Shown here: piece after piece, positions 9,869-19,669 of the stretch
Layout: the number at the start of each line of letters is the position of its first letter
Position numbering within the stretch: the stretch's first letter is position 1
From: Rickettsiales bacterium
Lineage (GTDB): Bacteria; Pseudomonadota; Alphaproteobacteria; Rickettsiales; SXRF01
Length of the DNA: 64,000 nt
NCBI GenBank assembly: GCA_005792635.1
Contig: SXRF01000068.1
Coordinates: forward strand, 180-64,179
Direction of reading: 5' to 3'
Position numbers and translations under genes: made by a program
Notes under the pieces: generated by a model
Databases searched by the model: none
What the model saw: only the letters and a program-made list of their open reading frames with translations
What the model was told of the DNA's origin: nothing

Positions 9869-11212
9869 ATGTCATCAGCCGCCGAACGCCTAGCCGCTAA
9901 CATGAATTTTGGTATGTTTTCTCGCGCTACGGAGCTTAAGAAACGGCTTTGGTTTGTTTTATTCGCACTCATTGTTTATCGTATCGGTACTTATATTCCA
10001 GTTCCGGGGATAGACCCTCATATTCTAGCTGAAATATTTAAGAAACATCAGGGCGGCGTTCTTGGTGTGTTTAATATGTTCTCTGGCGGTGCATTGTCGC
10101 GGATGACGATATTCGCACTAGCGGTTACGCCGTATATTTCCTCGTCTATTATCATGCAGATACTTTCTTTTGCCATTCCGTCGTTGGCGGCAATGAAAAA
10201 AGAAGGTGAGGCGGGGCGCAGAAAAATCAACCAATATACTCGTTATGGCACGGTTTTGCTCGCGGCATTGCAAGGCTACGGCATTGCTGTTGGGCTTGAG
10301 GGTATGCGCGGTGAACAAGGTTCGGCGGTGATTGAGGCAGGTGTGTTTTTCCGTTTTACCACTACAGTTACTTTGGTTGGCGGTACGATGTTCCTAATGT
10401 GGCTTGGCGAACAGATTACCTCTCGCGGAATTGGTAACGGCGTTTCTCTTATTATATTTGCGGGTATTGTCGCTGGGCTTCCAAGTGCAATCGGGCAGAC
10501 CTTTGAATTAGGGCGTACAGGTGTTATTTCAACACCGCTGGTTATGTTTATTATACTTGCGGTTTTGGCTTTAATCGCGCTTATCGTGTTTGTGGAGCGG
10601 GCGCAACGCAAGGTGATAATCCAATATCCAAAACGCCAAGTTGGCAATAAGGTTTTTGGTGGTGATACCAACCATATGCCGCTAAAGCTCAACACCGCTG
10701 GCGTTATTCCGCCGATTTTTGCGAGTTCTTTGCTTTTGTTTCCGCTTACTATCGCTAGTTTTAATGCGGAAGGCGGCTCTGGAATATTACAAACTATCAG
10801 CACATACCTCGCACATGGGCAGCCTTTATATATTGCGGCTTATATTGGGCTTATCGTGTTTTTTAGCTTTTTCTATACTTCTGTGGTGTTTAATCCAACT
10901 GAAACCGCTGATAATTTGAAGAAAAATGGCGGCTTTATAGCTGGTGTGCGTCCAGGGCAGCAAACGGCGGATTATCTGGATTTTATCCTTACTCGCCTGA
11001 CTGCTGTTGGTGCGCTGTATATGTCGCTAGTTTGCGTTATGCCTGAAATATTTGTGGCGAAATATGCTGTGCCATTCCAACTTGGCGGAACTGGATTGCT
11101 CATTGTGGTGAATGTGGTTATGGATTTTGTAACGCAGGTTCAGTCGCATCTTTTTGCTCATCAATATGAGAGTTTGATTAAAAAATCTCGCCTAAAGGGT
11201 AAGAAAAAATGA
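9869..11212 (+). CDS. secY: Protein translocase subunit SecY
   Basis: Large multi-[20 protein letters not shown]...[25 protein letters not shown] matches the SecY N-terminus. The ATG at 9869 is preferred over the ORF-track start at 9836. Confidence 0.95.
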   Translation: MSSAAERLAANMNFGMFSRATELKKRLWFVLFALIVYRIGTYIPVPGIDPHILAEIFKKHQGGVLGVFNMFSGGALSRMTIFALAVTPYISSSIIMQILSFAIPSLAAMKKEGEAGRRKINQYTRYGTVLLAALQGYGIAVGLEGMRGEQGSAVIEAGVFFRFTTTVTLVGGTMFLMWLGEQITSRGIGNGVSLIIFAGIVAGLPSAIGQTFELGRTGVISTPLVMFIILAVLALIALIVFVERAQRKVIIQYPKRQVGNKVFGGDTNHMPLKLNTAGVIPPIFASSLLLFPLTIASFNAEGGSGILQTISTYLAHGQPLYIAAYIGLIVFFSFFYTSVVFNPTETADNLKKNGGFIAGVRPGQQTADYLDFILTRLTAVGALYMSLVCVMPEIFVAKYAVPFQLGGTGLLIVVNVVMDFVTQVQSHLFAHQYESLIKKSRLKGKKK

Positions 11213-11871
11213 AACTAATCCTACTAGGGCCTCCGGGGGCAGGGAAGGGTACGCAGGCGGATTATTTGCGCTCTTCGCTTGGAATTGCAAAATTATCTAC
11301 GGGGGACATGCTGCGGGCAGCGGTTGCTTCTGGCAGTGAGCTTGGCAAAAAAGCTAAAGATATTATGGCAAGTGGCGGGCTAGTTCCTGATGATTTAGTT
11401 ATTAGCCTGATTCATGATCGCACAGCGCAGGATGATTGCAAAAATGGCTTCATTCTTGATGGCTTTCCGCGTACGGTTGGACAGGCGGAGGCGTTGGACA
11501 AAATGCTTGCGGCGGAGAACAAAAAATTAGATTTTGTAATTGAGCTTCAGGTTGATGATAAGTTACTCACCGAGCGCATTGCTGGTCGTTTTTCCTGTGC
11601 AAAATGTGGTGCTGGCTATCATGACAGCTTTAAGCCAACTAAAGTTTCTGGAGCTTGCGACGAGTGCGGTGCGACTGAATTTTCTCGCCGTGCAGATGAT
11701 AAAGCGGAAACAGTGGCGGCTAGGCTTGAAGCCTATCATAAGCAAACCGCTCCGCTATTGCCATATTATTCAGCCAAAGGCATTTTAACCCCTGTTGACG
11801 GAATGGCGGAAATTGCTGATGTAACTAAACAAATTGATAAAATTGTAAAACAGAAAGAAAAAATTGCATAA
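11209..11871 (+). CDS. adk: Adenylate kinase (zinc-lid type)
   Basis: 220-aa ORF with P-loop [10 protein letters not shown] and lid cysteines CAKCG...CDECG. Its start overlaps the secY stop. Confidence 0.96.
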   Translation: MKLILLGPPGAGKGTQADYLRSSLGIAKLSTGDMLRAAVASGSELGKKAKDIMASGGLVPDDLVISLIHDRTAQDDCKNGFILDGFPRTVGQAEALDKMLAAENKKLDFVIELQVDDKLLTERIAGRFSCAKCGAGYHDSFKPTKVSGACDECGATEFSRRADDKAETVAARLEAYHKQTAPLLPYYSAKGILTPVDGMAEIADVTKQIDKIVKQKEKIA

Positions 11872-11876
11872 AACTG

Positions 11877-11904
11877 TTGACGGGGCGGATAAACTTACTA
11901 TTAT
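11877..11904 (+). promoter_or_regulatory. Candidate sigma-70 promoter for rpsM-rpsK-rpoA-rplQ
   Basis: TTGACG (11877-11882), a 16-nt spacer, then TATTAT (11899-11904). It lies about 70 nt upstream of the rpsM GTG and is followed by a tandem AACCGTATTTTT x2. Confidence 0.4.
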
Positions 11905-11971
11905 CCATCCTCCTCTTAACCGTATTTTTTAACCGTATTTTTAGTAACTTATTCATTTTTAGGGGTTTTTT

Positions 11972-12349
11972 GTGGCTCGTATTGCTGGTGTAAATATTCC
12001 TTCTGCTAAGCGTCTTGATATTTCGCTTACTTATATTCATGGTATTGGTCGCGTGAAGGCGACGGAAATCTGCGAAAAAGCAGGTTTGCCGCCTGAAAAG
12101 CGTGTTCATCAACTGGCGGAGTCGGAAGTGATTCGCGTTCGTGAGATTATTGACCGTGATTATACGGTGGAAGGTGATTTGCGCCGTGAAGTTTCCATGA
12201 ATATCAAGCGTTTGGTTGATTTGGGTTGCTATCGCGGTCTTCGTCATCGTAAGAAATTGCCTACTCGTGGGCAGCGTACGCATACCAATGCGCGTACTCG
12301 CAAGGGTAAGGCTAAGCCAATCGCTGGTAAGAAAATTGCAACTAAGTAA
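11972..12349 (+). CDS. rpsM: 30S ribosomal protein S13
   Basis: 125-aa ORF with a GTG start after AGGGG. Reads [10 protein letters not shown]...[24 protein letters not shown]. Confidence 0.96.
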   Translation: MARIAGVNIPSAKRLDISLTYIHGIGRVKATEICEKAGLPPEKRVHQLAESEVIRVREIIDRDYTVEGDLRREVSMNIKRLVDLGCYRGLRHRKKLPTRGQRTHTNARTRKGKAKPIAGKKIATK

Positions 12350-12355
12350 GGGGAA

Positions 12356-12412
12356 AACTTGGCAGTTTTGCTGCTTGGATTCCCCTTATCCCGCATTTGA
12401 TGCGGGATCTGG
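12356..12412 (+). repeat. Intergenic repeat, copy 2 (same family as 7877-7935)
   Basis: TTGGCAGTTTTGCTGCTTGGATTCCCCTTATCCCGCATTTGATGCGGGATCTGG. It lies immediately downstream of the rpsM stop. Confidence 0.85.
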
Positions 12413-12443
12413 TAAATAGAAATGATAAAAGGATAACAAAACA

Positions 12444-12842
12444 ATGGCTGCTAAAGAAGCTGGTGCCGCAAGGCTTAAGAAACGCGAACGCAAAAACATC
12501 ACCACTGGTGTTGCGCATGTGAACGCGTCGTTCAACAACACCATCATCACTATCACTGACACCCAAGGGAACACTGTGTCTTGGTCGTCGGCTGGTCATC
12601 ATGGCTTTAAGGGGTCGCGTAAATCTACACCTTATGCGGCGCAGGTTACTGCTGAAGATGCTGGTCGTAAGGCGATGGAGCATGGTATGAAGACTGTTGC
12701 TGTTGTGGTGAAGGGGCCTGGTTCTGGTCGTGAATCGGCACTTCGGGCATTGCAAACTGTTGGTTTTACCGTTACTTCGATTAAAGATATTACGCCAGTT
12801 CCGCATAACGGTTGCCGTCCGCCAAAGCGTCGTCGTGTATAA
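12444..12842 (+). CDS. rpsK: 30S ribosomal protein S11
   Basis: 132-aa ORF with [18 protein letters not shown]...[14 protein letters not shown]. Confidence 0.97.
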   Translation: MAAKEAGAARLKKRERKNITTGVAHVNASFNNTIITITDTQGNTVSWSSAGHHGFKGSRKSTPYAAQVTAEDAGRKAMEHGMKTVAVVVKGPGSGRESALRALQTVGFTVTSIKDITPVPHNGCRPPKRRRV

Positions 12843-12891
12843 AATATTTACCGCTTAATCGCTGGTTACTCATCTATTGGGAGAGAAAAAA

Positions 12892-13905
12892 ATGTTAGCA
12901 AAAAATTGGCAAGACTTAATTAAACCTGTAAAGCTCGATGTGTCTCAATCTAAGGGCAATCCAAACCAAGCAACGATTGTTGCTGAGCCGCTTGAGCGTG
13001 GCTTTGGGCATACTCTTGGTGTTGCTTTGCGCCGCATACTGCTTTCGTCTTTGCAGGGGGCTGCGGTGACCACTCTTAAAATTGAGGGTGTGTTGCATGA
13101 ATTCTCCTCAATCCCTGGTGTGCGTGAGGATGTGACCGATGTTATTCTGAACATCAAAGAATTGCGTATTAAGGCTGGTAGTTCAGAAAAAAAACGGGTT
13201 ACGCTTAATGCTGTTGGTCCTTGTGAAGTAAAGGCTGGTGCGATTGAGGTTTCTGGCGATGTTGAAATTATCAATAAAGAACATGTCATTTGCACTTTGG
13301 ACAAAGGTTCAAAGCTTAATATGGAAATGACTGTGGAAACTGGTAAGGGCTATGTGCGTGCTGCTCGTGCGGCTGATGCGCCTATTGGTCTTATTCCTGT
13401 TGATGCTTTGTTTAGCCCGATTGTTAAAGTTTCATACAAAGTTGAAAATGCTCGTGTTGGTCAGATAACTGACTATGACAAGCTTTCTATGACTATAGAA
13501 ACTGATGGCTCTATCACTGCGGAAGATGCGATTGCTCTTGCTGCTCGCATTTTGCAGGATCAGTTGCAATTATTTATCAATTTCGAAGAGTCTAAAGTTG
13601 AGCGCAAAGAAGATGCAAAACCAGAGCTTCCGTTTAGCCCGTATTTGCTCAAAAAGGTTTATGATTTGGATGAGCTTTCGGTTCGTGCGACAAATTGCCT
13701 GAAAAACGACAATATTATTTATGTTGGTGATTTGGTTCAGAAAACCGAAGGTGAGATGCTTAAAACCCCGAACTTTGGGCGTAAATCACTTAATGAAATC
13801 AAAGAAAAACTGGCAAAAATTGGTTTGCGCTTCGGTATGGAAATACCAAGCTGGCCACCAGAAAATATTGAAGAACTCGCTCGTAAATACGAGGATCCAT
13901 ACTAG
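12892..13905 (+). CDS. rpoA: DNA-directed RNA polymerase subunit alpha
   Basis: ATG at 12892 after GGGAGAG. Contains [23 protein letters not shown] and the C-terminal-domain sequence [20 protein letters not shown]. Confidence 0.96.
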   Translation: MLAKNWQDLIKPVKLDVSQSKGNPNQATIVAEPLERGFGHTLGVALRRILLSSLQGAAVTTLKIEGVLHEFSSIPGVREDVTDVILNIKELRIKAGSSEKKRVTLNAVGPCEVKAGAIEVSGDVEIINKEHVICTLDKGSKLNMEMTVETGKGYVRAARAADAPIGLIPVDALFSPIVKVSYKVENARVGQITDYDKLSMTIETDGSITAEDAIALAARILQDQLQLFINFEESKVERKEDAKPELPFSPYLLKKVYDLDELSVRATNCLKNDNIIYVGDLVQKTEGEMLKTPNFGRKSLNEIKEKLAKIGLRFGMEIPSWPPENIEELARKYEDPY

Positions 13906-13906
13906 G

Positions 13907-13991
13907 GAGTGGCGAGTGCTAAGTAATAAGTGGTAAGATTTTCTTACTAACTTATCACTCATCACTCACCACTTACCACTAACAACTAAGG
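13907..13991. repeat. Heptad-periodic inverted-repeat element in the rpoA-rplQ spacer
   Basis: Left arm GAGTGGC GAGTGCT AAGTAAT AAGTGGT AAG, loop ATTTTC, right arm ACTTATC ACTCATC ACTCACC ACTTACC ACTAACA ACTAAGG. It starts 1 nt after the rpoA stop, and its last unit runs into the rplQ SD AAGGAGA. Confidence 0.85.
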
Positions 13992-14000
13992 AGAATAAAA

Positions 14001-14411
14001 ATGCGTCACGCTATGAGAGGTCGCAAGCTAGGTCGTAAATCAGCACATCGCACAGCTATGTTTGCTAACCTTGCTTCTGCACTTATTAAACACGAACAGA
14101 TTTCTACAACCTTGCCAAAGGCGAAGGATTTGCGTCCGATTGTTGAAAAATTGGTAACTCTGGCAAAGCGTGGGGATCTTCACGCTCGCCGTCAGGTTTT
14201 GTCATCGCTTCGCGATGAAACTCAAACCAGCAAATTGTTTTCAGCAATTGCTGAACGCTATAAAACCCGTCAAGGCGGCTATCTGCGCGTTCTTAAAGCT
14301 GGTTTTCGCTATGGTGACAATGCTCCGATGGCGATTATCGAATTCGTTGACCGCGATGAATCAGCAAAAGGCAAAGATTCTGGGCTGGTGATCGAAGAAG
14401 CAGCGGCTTAG
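14001..14411 (+). CDS. rplQ: 50S ribosomal protein L17
   Basis: 136-aa ORF with [17 protein letters not shown]...[27 protein letters not shown]. Confidence 0.96.
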   Translation: MRHAMRGRKLGRKSAHRTAMFANLASALIKHEQISTTLPKAKDLRPIVEKLVTLAKRGDLHARRQVLSSLRDETQTSKLFSAIAERYKTRQGGYLRVLKAGFRYGDNAPMAIIEFVDRDESAKGKDSGLVIEEAAA

Positions 14412-14419
14412 TAGTTTCT

Positions 14420-14605
14420 ATGAAATTGCATCCGCTCATCCCGTCTAGTTTTTGCGTGCTGGCTGGTTTGGTGTTTTTATACCAAGCTGCTGGCAGTCAC
14501 GGAAATGATTGGGAGATGCCGCTAGCTTTTGGGCTTTATTTTATTGGCAAGGGATTGTTTGTTTATAGCATTTTGTCTATTGCGAAAGATTACAAAAAGA
14601 ATTAG
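14420..14605 (+). CDS. Small hypothetical membrane protein (two predicted TM helices)
   Basis: 61-aa ORF starting 9 nt after the rplQ stop. It has two hydrophobic stretches and no recognisable family. Confidence 0.35.
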   Translation: MKLHPLIPSSFCVLAGLVFLYQAAGSHGNDWEMPLAFGLYFIGKGLFVYSILSIAKDYKKN

Positions 14606-14640
14606 CTGTTTTGGTTTTGAGTTTATCACTGTAATAAATA

Positions 14641-14670
14641 AAAAAGCAGTCTATAATGGGCTGCTTTTTT
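14641..14670 (+). terminator. Candidate rho-independent terminator ending the ribosomal operon
   Basis: AAAAAGCAG, an 11-nt loop, CTGCTTTTT, then a T-run. The GC core of the stem is short, so confidence is moderate. Confidence 0.4.
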
Positions 14671-14695
14671 ATTATCTGTGCAATATAGATGAAAT

Positions 14696-15085
14696 ATGGA
14701 ACTATTCTCAATACTCTATGTAATGGCTGGTGGTGCGCTTGGTTCTGCGGCAAGATATATTGCTATGTCAATAATCGGCAAAAATTCTGCCGCTGATTTC
14801 CCTTATGGCACTCTGGCGGTTAATATAATAGGTTCATTCCTTATGGGCGCGTGGATTGCCTATATGGCGAATTTGTTGCCTGAACGCGGGAAAAATCTAC
14901 ACTTGCTATTTGCCGTTGGTGTGCTTGGTGGCTTTACTACATTCTCTAGCTTTAGTTTGGATGTTTTTTATCTTTATGAGCGCGGTGAAACTATGCAAGC
15001 CGCACTGTATATTATCTCTTCGATACTCTTATCAATCGCTGCTCTCTTCTTTGGTGTGTGGCTAATTAAATTTGGAAAAATATGA
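14696..15085 (+). CDS. crcB: Fluoride ion channel CrcB
   Basis: 129-aa four-TM ORF with GGALGSAARY and GVLGGFTTFSSF motifs. Confidence 0.9.
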   Translation: MELFSILYVMAGGALGSAARYIAMSIIGKNSAADFPYGTLAVNIIGSFLMGAWIAYMANLLPERGKNLHLLFAVGVLGGFTTFSSFSLDVFYLYERGETMQAALYIISSILLSIAALFFGVWLIKFGKI

Positions 15086-16032
15086 TAAAACAAATAATTT
15101 CGGATGACGATAATGACATTCGATTGGATCGTTGGTTCAAACGGCATTTTCCAAGTCTGCAACATGCTATGTTGGAAAAAATGCTTCGCAAGGGAGATGT
15201 GCGTCTTGACGGCAAAAAAGCCAAGTCTTCACAGCGCGTTGTGGCTGGCGGTGAAATAAGTTATCCTGATCTTGGCGCGGAGTTTTTCTTTGTAAAAGCA
15301 AAGCCACTAGCTAGCGAACAAGATGCAAAAATGCTGCAAGGCTTGGTGTTATATAAAGACGCGAATATCATCATCATAAATAAGCCGTTTGGGCTAGCGG
15401 TGCAGGGGGGAACAAAGGTTCTTAAAAGCCTTGATGATATGCTCGACGGTTTGAAATTTGATGCTAAAGAACGCCCGAAATTAGTGCATAGGCTTGATAG
15501 GGATACTAGCGGAGTTTTGGTTCTGGCGCGAAATTCACGCACGGCAAGCCACATGGCGAAAATGTTTGCAGGCAAGGATATTGAAAAAACTTACCTTGCT
15601 TTGGTGCATGGTTGCCCGATGCAGGCAGTTGGCGTTATTGATTATCGCTTGCTGAAAGCCGCGCATGGTGCGGATTCTTACGAGCGGGTGGCGGTGGATG
15701 ATGAAGAGGGAAAATTTGCCCGCACGGAATATCGCGTCGTGGAAAATCTGGCGCGGAAATTTGCCCTGCTCGAGCTTAAGCCACTCACTGGTCGCACACA
15801 TCAGTTGCGTGTACACACGCAGGCGATTGGTTGCCCGATTGTCGGCGATATGAAATATGGTGGTGAAAGCTCGCAAATCGCTGATGTCGGAATTAGTGAC
15901 GGATTGCATCTACATGCTCGCCGTATAGTTATTCCCGCCTTTGGCAGCGGAAAAAAAATTGATATAACCGCTCCACTGCCGCCGCACATGAAAGAAAGTT
16001 TTAAGAATCTGGGAATAGAGGTGAAGAAATAA
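15082..16032 (+). CDS. RluA-family 23S rRNA pseudouridine synthase (S4 domain plus catalytic HRLDRDTSG)
   Basis: 316-aa ORF that overlaps the crcB stop. It carries the catalytic motif HRLDRDTSGVLVLAR and GRTHQLRVH. Confidence 0.88.
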   Translation: MIKQIISDDDNDIRLDRWFKRHFPSLQHAMLEKMLRKGDVRLDGKKAKSSQRVVAGGEISYPDLGAEFFFVKAKPLASEQDAKMLQGLVLYKDANIIIINKPFGLAVQGGTKVLKSLDDMLDGLKFDAKERPKLVHRLDRDTSGVLVLARNSRTASHMAKMFAGKDIEKTYLALVHGCPMQAVGVIDYRLLKAAHGADSYERVAVDDEEGKFARTEYRVVENLARKFALLELKPLTGRTHQLRVHTQAIGCPIVGDMKYGGESSQIADVGISDGLHLHARRIVIPAFGSGKKIDITAPLPPHMKESFKNLGIEVKK

Positions 16033-16659
16033 ATGACAAAACCAACTACAACACCTGCAAAAAATCCGTTTTCACTTCCTAATTCTGCTTTGGCGGCGGC
16101 GATTGAGCTTGAATGGCAATCGGGAAAAAAATATACGCCAACCAACATGCCGCTGACCGCGCTTGCTTATACCGCCATTGATAAAATTGCGCCCGCGAAG
16201 GAAAACATCATTGAGGTGTTGATGGTGTATGTGGATAGTGACACGCTGACTTACCGCGCCACGGGGTCGGAAAAGCTAGCAAAAGAGCAAGATGAAAAAT
16301 GGGGCGAGGTTTTGAAATGGGCTGGTGCGCGTTTTGACGCTTATTGGCAGGTAACTAGCGGCGTGATGCCTGTGGAGCAATCGCCAAATCTACACAAAGC
16401 TATTTCACGCTATTTGGCTTCGCTTGACGAATGGAAACTCTCGGCATTTTGTGTTTTGTCATCGCTGTTTTCATCGCTGGTGCTTGCCATTGCCGTGTGT
16501 GAGGAACATTTAAGCGCGATCGAAGCTTTCGCCCTCTCACGCCTCGAAGAAGAGCATCAGGCGGAACAATGGGGCAGGGACGAAGAGGCTGACAAACGCG
16601 CCGCCAATATGAAACAAGAAATTATTGATGCGGAGAAATTTTTGGAGCTGGTGAGGTGA
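16033..16659 (+). CDS. ATP12-family F1-ATPase assembly chaperone
   Basis: 208-aa ORF starting directly after the previous stop. LAAAIELEWQSG...MPLTALAYTAIDKI resembles the ATP12 family, and crcB-rlu-ATP12 synteny is common in alphaproteobacteria. Confidence 0.7.
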   Translation: MTKPTTTPAKNPFSLPNSALAAAIELEWQSGKKYTPTNMPLTALAYTAIDKIAPAKENIIEVLMVYVDSDTLTYRATGSEKLAKEQDEKWGEVLKWAGARFDAYWQVTSGVMPVEQSPNLHKAISRYLASLDEWKLSAFCVLSSLFSSLVLAIAVCEEHLSAIEAFALSRLEEEHQAEQWGRDEEADKRAANMKQEIIDAEKFLELVR

Positions 16660-16676
16660 GTTAATCAATTGAATTA

Positions 16677-16710
16677 CTTTGCCATACCGCCTTGCGGCGG
16701 TATGGCAAAG
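16677..16710. repeat. Perfect 15-bp-stem hairpin between convergent genes
   Basis: CTTTGCCATACCGCC TTGC GGCGGTATGGCAAAG. There is no flanking U-run. The stem core ATACCGCC/GGCGGTAT resembles the hairpins of the GTCAT...ATGAC elements. Confidence 0.8.
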
Positions 16711-16722
16711 TTAAGGCCGTGA

Positions 16723-17634
16723 CTAACGAGCAGCACCATTCGGTGCTTGCGCTTTTTCACCACTAATTGTCGGTGCTGGCTTATCGTGAGCATGTGATGC
16801 CGCAGTGCAATTATAATCCTTACCAGTACAACCAGCCGCTTCGGCTTCTTTCTGAGCTTTTTTCATTGCATCTTCGGCTCGTATCGCGCGTTCGCGTTCG
16901 TTCTCTTGCCTTGCTACTTCTTTATCAATTGCCTGATCTACTGCTTTGGGGTTATTCTCAAGTGTGTCTTTAGGTAATCTAATTACTGTACCCTTGTAAT
17001 CATCAGGCGGCAAAATTGTTGGTTGACCGTCAACTGCTTCAGGCAAAACCAACACGGGTGAATTAATAGTTACGCGATCCATTCGCGTTTCTACTACACG
17101 CCCATTTTCAATTTTTTGCGATTCCATATCGCCAAAGTCTTTAATTACCACTCCTTTTGGGGATTTTATAACTGTGTCGGTACTGAGGTATTTGTTAGTA
17201 TCAATACCCAAAGAATCAATTTTTACCACATCTCTGTCAGAGGCGATTTCTTTACCGCCAACACCATCCATTTCCACCGTACCAAGCTCTATAGCTCGAT
17301 TAGCTTGAATCTTAGGATTAGTAAGATGCGTGTGTTCAAGTTTGACATTTCCGTACGATCCTTGGGAATAAAATGTTACATCTTCATAGTTGCGCTGAAC
17401 ATTAGTTCTTTCATTCACTTTTGTGTCTGTTATACTACCTCCAATAATTGTTATATCTGATTTGTCTTCATCTCCACTAATAATGATACTGCGACCGTCT
17501 CCGTTTATAAGTTTGTTATCAGAAGTTTTATTATCAACAATAAGTGGCTGTTGAGCAGTCTCAAGCCGTTTATTTAAGTCATTTGCTTCTTCATCAGTCA
17601 AAAGCATTTCTCCGTCTTTATTCATATAAGGCAT
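16723..17634 (-). CDS. Hypothetical protein (acidic, no signal peptide, coiled-coil-like C-terminus)
   Basis: 303-aa ORF with no family recognised. It has an AT-rich upstream region containing a C9/G9 tract. Confidence 0.6.
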   Translation of the reverse strand: MPYMNKDGEMLLTDEEANDLNKRLETAQQPLIVDNKTSDNKLINGDGRSIIISGDEDKSDITIIGGSITDTKVNERTNVQRNYEDVTFYSQGSYGNVKLEHTHLTNPKIQANRAIELGTVEMDGVGGKEIASDRDVVKIDSLGIDTNKYLSTDTVIKSPKGVVIKDFGDMESQKIENGRVVETRMDRVTINSPVLVLPEAVDGQPTILPPDDYKGTVIRLPKDTLENNPKAVDQAIDKEVARQENERERAIRAEDAMKKAQKEAEAAGCTGKDYNCTAASHAHDKPAPTISGEKAQAPNGAAR

Positions 17635-17874
17635 AAAATTTCTCCATAATTTATATTTTTGTTATCGCTCCACGCTGACATTCAACAATGGAATCATTAA
17701 CAATCTTACCACCCCCCCCCGTTAATTAAAGCTTAATAAAAATTGAATTATTGGTTAATTTTTATGTAAATTCTCAGAAACAAATAAAAATTTGCAGTTT
17801 TTGCGCTTGCTAAAGGCGTAATAAATCGTTTAACTACATCGACATACTAACCACTAACCACGAGACACCAAAAA

Positions 17875-19482
17875 ATGATGACTCTTGCCCGCAATAAACG
17901 CGTAACTATCACTGAAAAACACGAGACTACCAGCAAAACAGGGGTGCATCCTAATTCTGTTATTCATGAGCTAGAGCATAAGCGCGAACGCGCAAGGCAA
18001 GGCGGCGGCGCGGTGCGGGTGGACGCTCAGCATGCAAAGGGTAAGCTTTCCTCGCGTGAGCGCATTGAGGTGTTACTAGATCCCGATTCTTTCGAAGAAT
18101 TTGACATGTTCGTTGAGCATCGCTGCACTAATTTTGATATGCAGAAAAACAAAGTTCCGGGCGATGGTTGCGTCACTGGGCATGGAACAATTAACGGTCG
18201 TATCGTGTTTATTTATAGCCAAGATTTCACCGTTCTTGGCGGCTCACTTTCGGAAACCAACGCTCAGAAAATCTGTAAAATTCTTGACATGGCGATGAAA
18301 GTTGGTGCGCCTGTGATTGGCTTGCTGGATTCTGGCGGTGCGCGGATTCAAGAAGGCGTGGATTCTCTGGGCGGCTTTGCGGAAATTTTCCAGCGCAATG
18401 TTTTGGCGTCGGGTGTTGTGCCGCAGCTATCGGTGATTATGGGACCATGCGCTGGTGGCGCGGTTTATTCGCCTGCGCTTACCGATTTTATCGTTATGGT
18501 TCGCGGCTCGTCATATATGTTCGTGACTGGGCCTGATGTAGTTAAAACCGTGACCCATGAAATCGTTAGCCAAGAAGATCTCGGCGGCGCGGACACACAC
18601 ACTCATAAAACTGGTGTTGCCGATCTGGCGTATGACAACGACATTGAGGCGTTGCTGCAAGTGCGCCGCATGTTCAATTTCTTGCCGCTTTCTAACCGCA
18701 GCGGTGTGCCTGTGCGCCCGACTTCTGACCCTGCTGACCGCGTGGAAATGTCGCTTAATACTCTTGTGCCAGACAGTCCAAACAAAGCCTATAATATGAA
18801 GGAATTGCTTGAGCGCGTGGTGGATGAGGGCGATTTTTTTGAGCTTCAGCCTGATTATGCGAAGAATATTATCATAGGTTTTGGGCGCATGGAGGGGCAT
18901 ACCGTTGGCTTTGTTGCCAACCAGCCGACGCAGCTTGCGGGTTGTCTTGATATTGACGCTTCGCGCAAAGCAGCGCGGTTTATCCGTTTTTGTGATGCTT
19001 TTTCCATTCCACTGGTTACTTTTGTTGATGTTCCGGGTTTTATGCCGGGGACGCATCAGGAGCATAACGGCGTTATTAAACATGGCGCGAAGCTATTGTT
19101 TGCTTATGCCGAGGCGACAGTGCCGAAAATCACCGTTATCACCCGCAAGGCTTATGGCGGGGCGTATGATGTGATGAGCAGCAAGCATTTGCGCGGCGAT
19201 GTGAACTATGCTTGGCCAAGCGCGGAAATCGCGGTTATGGGGCCAAAAGGTGCGGTGGAAATCATTTTCCGCGGGAAATATGCCAATGAGGAAGAGCAGC
19301 AGAAACTAATTGATGACTACCGCGAGAAATTCGCCTCGCCGTTTGTGGCGGCATCGCGCGGGTTTATTGATGATGTCATCCGCCCGCAGAACACCCGCTG
19401 GCGCATTTGTCGTTCGCTTTCCATTTTGCGGAGCAAAGATATCCAGAACCCATGGAAAAAACACGATAATTTGCCACTTTAG
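17875..19482 (+). CDS. pccB: Propionyl-CoA carboxylase beta chain (carboxyltransferase)
   Basis: 535-aa ORF with [36 protein letters not shown] and [13 protein letters not shown], which are typical acyl-CoA carboxylase CT-subunit motifs. Confidence 0.88.
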   Translation: MMTLARNKRVTITEKHETTSKTGVHPNSVIHELEHKRERARQGGGAVRVDAQHAKGKLSSRERIEVLLDPDSFEEFDMFVEHRCTNFDMQKNKVPGDGCVTGHGTINGRIVFIYSQDFTVLGGSLSETNAQKICKILDMAMKVGAPVIGLLDSGGARIQEGVDSLGGFAEIFQRNVLASGVVPQLSVIMGPCAGGAVYSPALTDFIVMVRGSSYMFVTGPDVVKTVTHEIVSQEDLGGADTHTHKTGVADLAYDNDIEALLQVRRMFNFLPLSNRSGVPVRPTSDPADRVEMSLNTLVPDSPNKAYNMKELLERVVDEGDFFELQPDYAKNIIIGFGRMEGHTVGFVANQPTQLAGCLDIDASRKAARFIRFCDAFSIPLVTFVDVPGFMPGTHQEHNGVIKHGAKLLFAYAEATVPKITVITRKAYGGAYDVMSSKHLRGDVNYAWPSAEIAVMGPKGAVEIIFRGKYANEEEQQKLIDDYREKFASPFVAASRGFIDDVIRPQNTRWRICRSLSILRSKDIQNPWKKHDNLPL

Positions 19483-19565
19483 CTGGTATTTTGGTGATGC
19501 GTACTCGGTACTCGGGAATCCTTAATTTTTACCGAGTACCAATAACCGAGTACAGAGTACCCAAA
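19483..19565. repeat. Heptad-periodic inverted-repeat element downstream of pccB
   Basis: Left arm CTGGTAT TTTGGTG ATGCGTA CTCGGTA CTCGGGA, right arm ACCGAGT ACCAATA ACCGAGT ACAGAGT. GTACTCGG and CCGAGTAC pair perfectly. The element begins 1 nt after the pccB stop. Confidence 0.85.
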
Positions 19566-19669
19566 AAAGCAATCTTCACACAATTGTCATATAACTTTCA
19601 AAAATATTGTGTTATGGTGTTTTTGTGTGTAATATGGTGCAGAGCTTTTATCTGTAAGGGGTTGTTTTT

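Noticed and set aside
14606-14695. Fluoride riboswitch (crcB motif) expected upstream of crcB.
   Set aside because: The spacer contains only an A/T-flanked hairpin (a terminator candidate). None of the conserved crcB-motif segments I remember are present.
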